A stretch of 63,193 nt of DNA, the filler included, from Rhabdomonas costata (Eukaryota): the NCBI GenBank assembly GCA_019059605.1. It is 49 parts of 49 records of this genome, joined end to end, with 100 filler letters (N's around TTAATTAATTAA, not from the genome) between each part and the next. Parts side by side here need not be neighbours in the genome. Positions count along the whole stretch, not along the records: positions 62,003 to 63,193 come from JAHMHO010024245.1; 48 more parts are not named here. One strand, written 5' to 3'. This document shows positions 62,003 to 63,193 of this stretch, one piece after another. A program made the translations under genes and the position numbers. Within the stretch, counting starts at the first letter, position 1. Each line of letters begins with the position of its first letter. The notes below the pieces were generated by a model. The model had not been told where the DNA came from and ran no database searches. It saw only the letters and a program-made list of their open reading frames with translations.

Positions 62003-63053
62003 TGTGGTGGGTGTGTGTGGTGTGTTGTGTAGGAGCCAGTGTATTGGAGTTTAACCTTGTGGGGAATGAATTGCTATTGGCCGGTTGATGAAGAGAAACT
62101 GAATGCAACGGAGGCTCAAGACGGTTGTTTCCTGCATGGCGGGATTCCAGGTACTCTCCCCAGCGGCTCGTAGAAGGGAAAGTGGGTGCAGCGGGGGTAT
62201 CTCCCACTGCAAGGGAGGGAGTAGGGCAACGTAACTTTCCAAAGCTAGCACTGGCTGGTGACATATTTGAGGGCGTGTTCGTGAATGAGCATGAAGCTGA
62301 GGGCTCTCGGGAGAGACCAGCGTCGGAGACCTGAAGGTTAAAAGTGGAGTCTTCCGCGGCCATTGGAATGCCTACCACTCCTTCAGGCGAAGCCTTAGGC
62401 CACCGGGTCTCTAATGCACGCTGAACCTCTGGGCGTCTCAGAATGCTGCGGCTGAGAGCATCCGTGGGACTGCAGGGTGACTGCAAGCGCCGTGCAGTGT
62501 CAGCTCCACCATGACCGCATGGTATACCCAGGATCGGCTTCTCTGTGCCTTTAACTGAAGAGCAGCCTTGTGAGTCACTTGCACCTTGACCATGCGTAAA
62601 AGCGTGGGGTCTCAAGGAACAAGAAGAAGCGGCATCGACCGGCACTGGCGACTTGATGAGAGTGGGGAACAGGGATGGTGGACTGCGAGGGCTCATCGGA
62701 AAGCTTTTGTCCGCTCCTTTGTTTTTCTTATGTACAGTGGGGACGCCCTGGACAGATGAGTACAGCGCGGGGGCCTCCGCGTTTAGCAGGTTGTGATCAG
62801 TGACACCGTTCCCGCTCGCATTGGACAGTCCTGGTGTACCGTGGTGCTCGCTTTCTCTTCTCGCACCGCATGTCCATGACAAGAGAAGCAGGTCACAAAC
62901 ACGGAGCATCACAGTGCGGAGTGCAACGACCAAAAGCATTGCAGTGAGGAGCTGCAACGCAAAGCTCCAGTGACGTCCAGATGAAAGGTAGTCCTCCACC
63001 AGGATGCTTGACAGAGCGCAACACAGCGCACCCAGCAGCAGCCGAGATGCCAT
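62003..63053 (-). CDS. Hypothetical protein with N-terminal hydrophobic segments and a long Ser/Pro-rich tail (3' truncated)
   Basis: Uninterrupted ~350-codon frame from ATG 63053; longest ORF in the window; no family recognised. Confidence 0.65.
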
Positions 63054-63193
63054 TCTTGCGCGGTGAGGGCAGGAGGGCCAAAGTGCGCCCAGAGCCAGGG
63101 ACGACCGCAACCCGCAAGCTAGCAGCTCTGCAAACGGCTGAGAAACAATGGACGTAGGCAGTCCTTCCCCAACACCCCAAACACACCCACCAC

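Overview
This window is not contiguous genome. It is about 49 unrelated contigs of ~1.18-1.20 kb joined by artificial 100-nt linkers (N44-TTAATTAATTAA-N44). Most contigs start G/T-only and end C/A-only, and about ten carry perfect fold-back inverted repeats, which points to a primer-based whole-genome-amplified single-cell or few-cell assembly. Most contigs are fragments of an intron-rich protist nuclear genome using the standard code; a euglenid-like host is my inference from GTGYG/GTACG donors, cyclase paralogs and hybrid histidine kinases. Recognisable spliced host genes are SYF1, THOC3, NAE1, an RBBP4-like WD40, an RBPMS-like RRM, TMEM143/DUF3754, an Afi1-like DENN, a CAMK/CHK2-like kinase, a P4-ATPase, a PDR-type ABCG, a PHT1-like MFS, an ACL5-like aminopropyltransferase, histidine kinase and receiver modules, and two catalytically degenerate class III cyclase paralogs. 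Non-host or mobile material includes Ty3/gypsy and Tc1/mariner relics, a decayed Polinton-type protein-primed PolB, a PolB-helicase-like fragment, a frameshifted Mimiviridae-like gene abutting host-like DNA, and one AT-rich bacterial, prophage-like contig. The best leads are an LTR-retrotransposon 3' end carrying an extra DEDD/Maelstrom-like ORF just before the PPT, endogenised giant-virus and Polinton DNA, the pseudo-cyclase family, and frequent GC-AG introns. All family calls come from manual translation and motif recognition; no searches were run.
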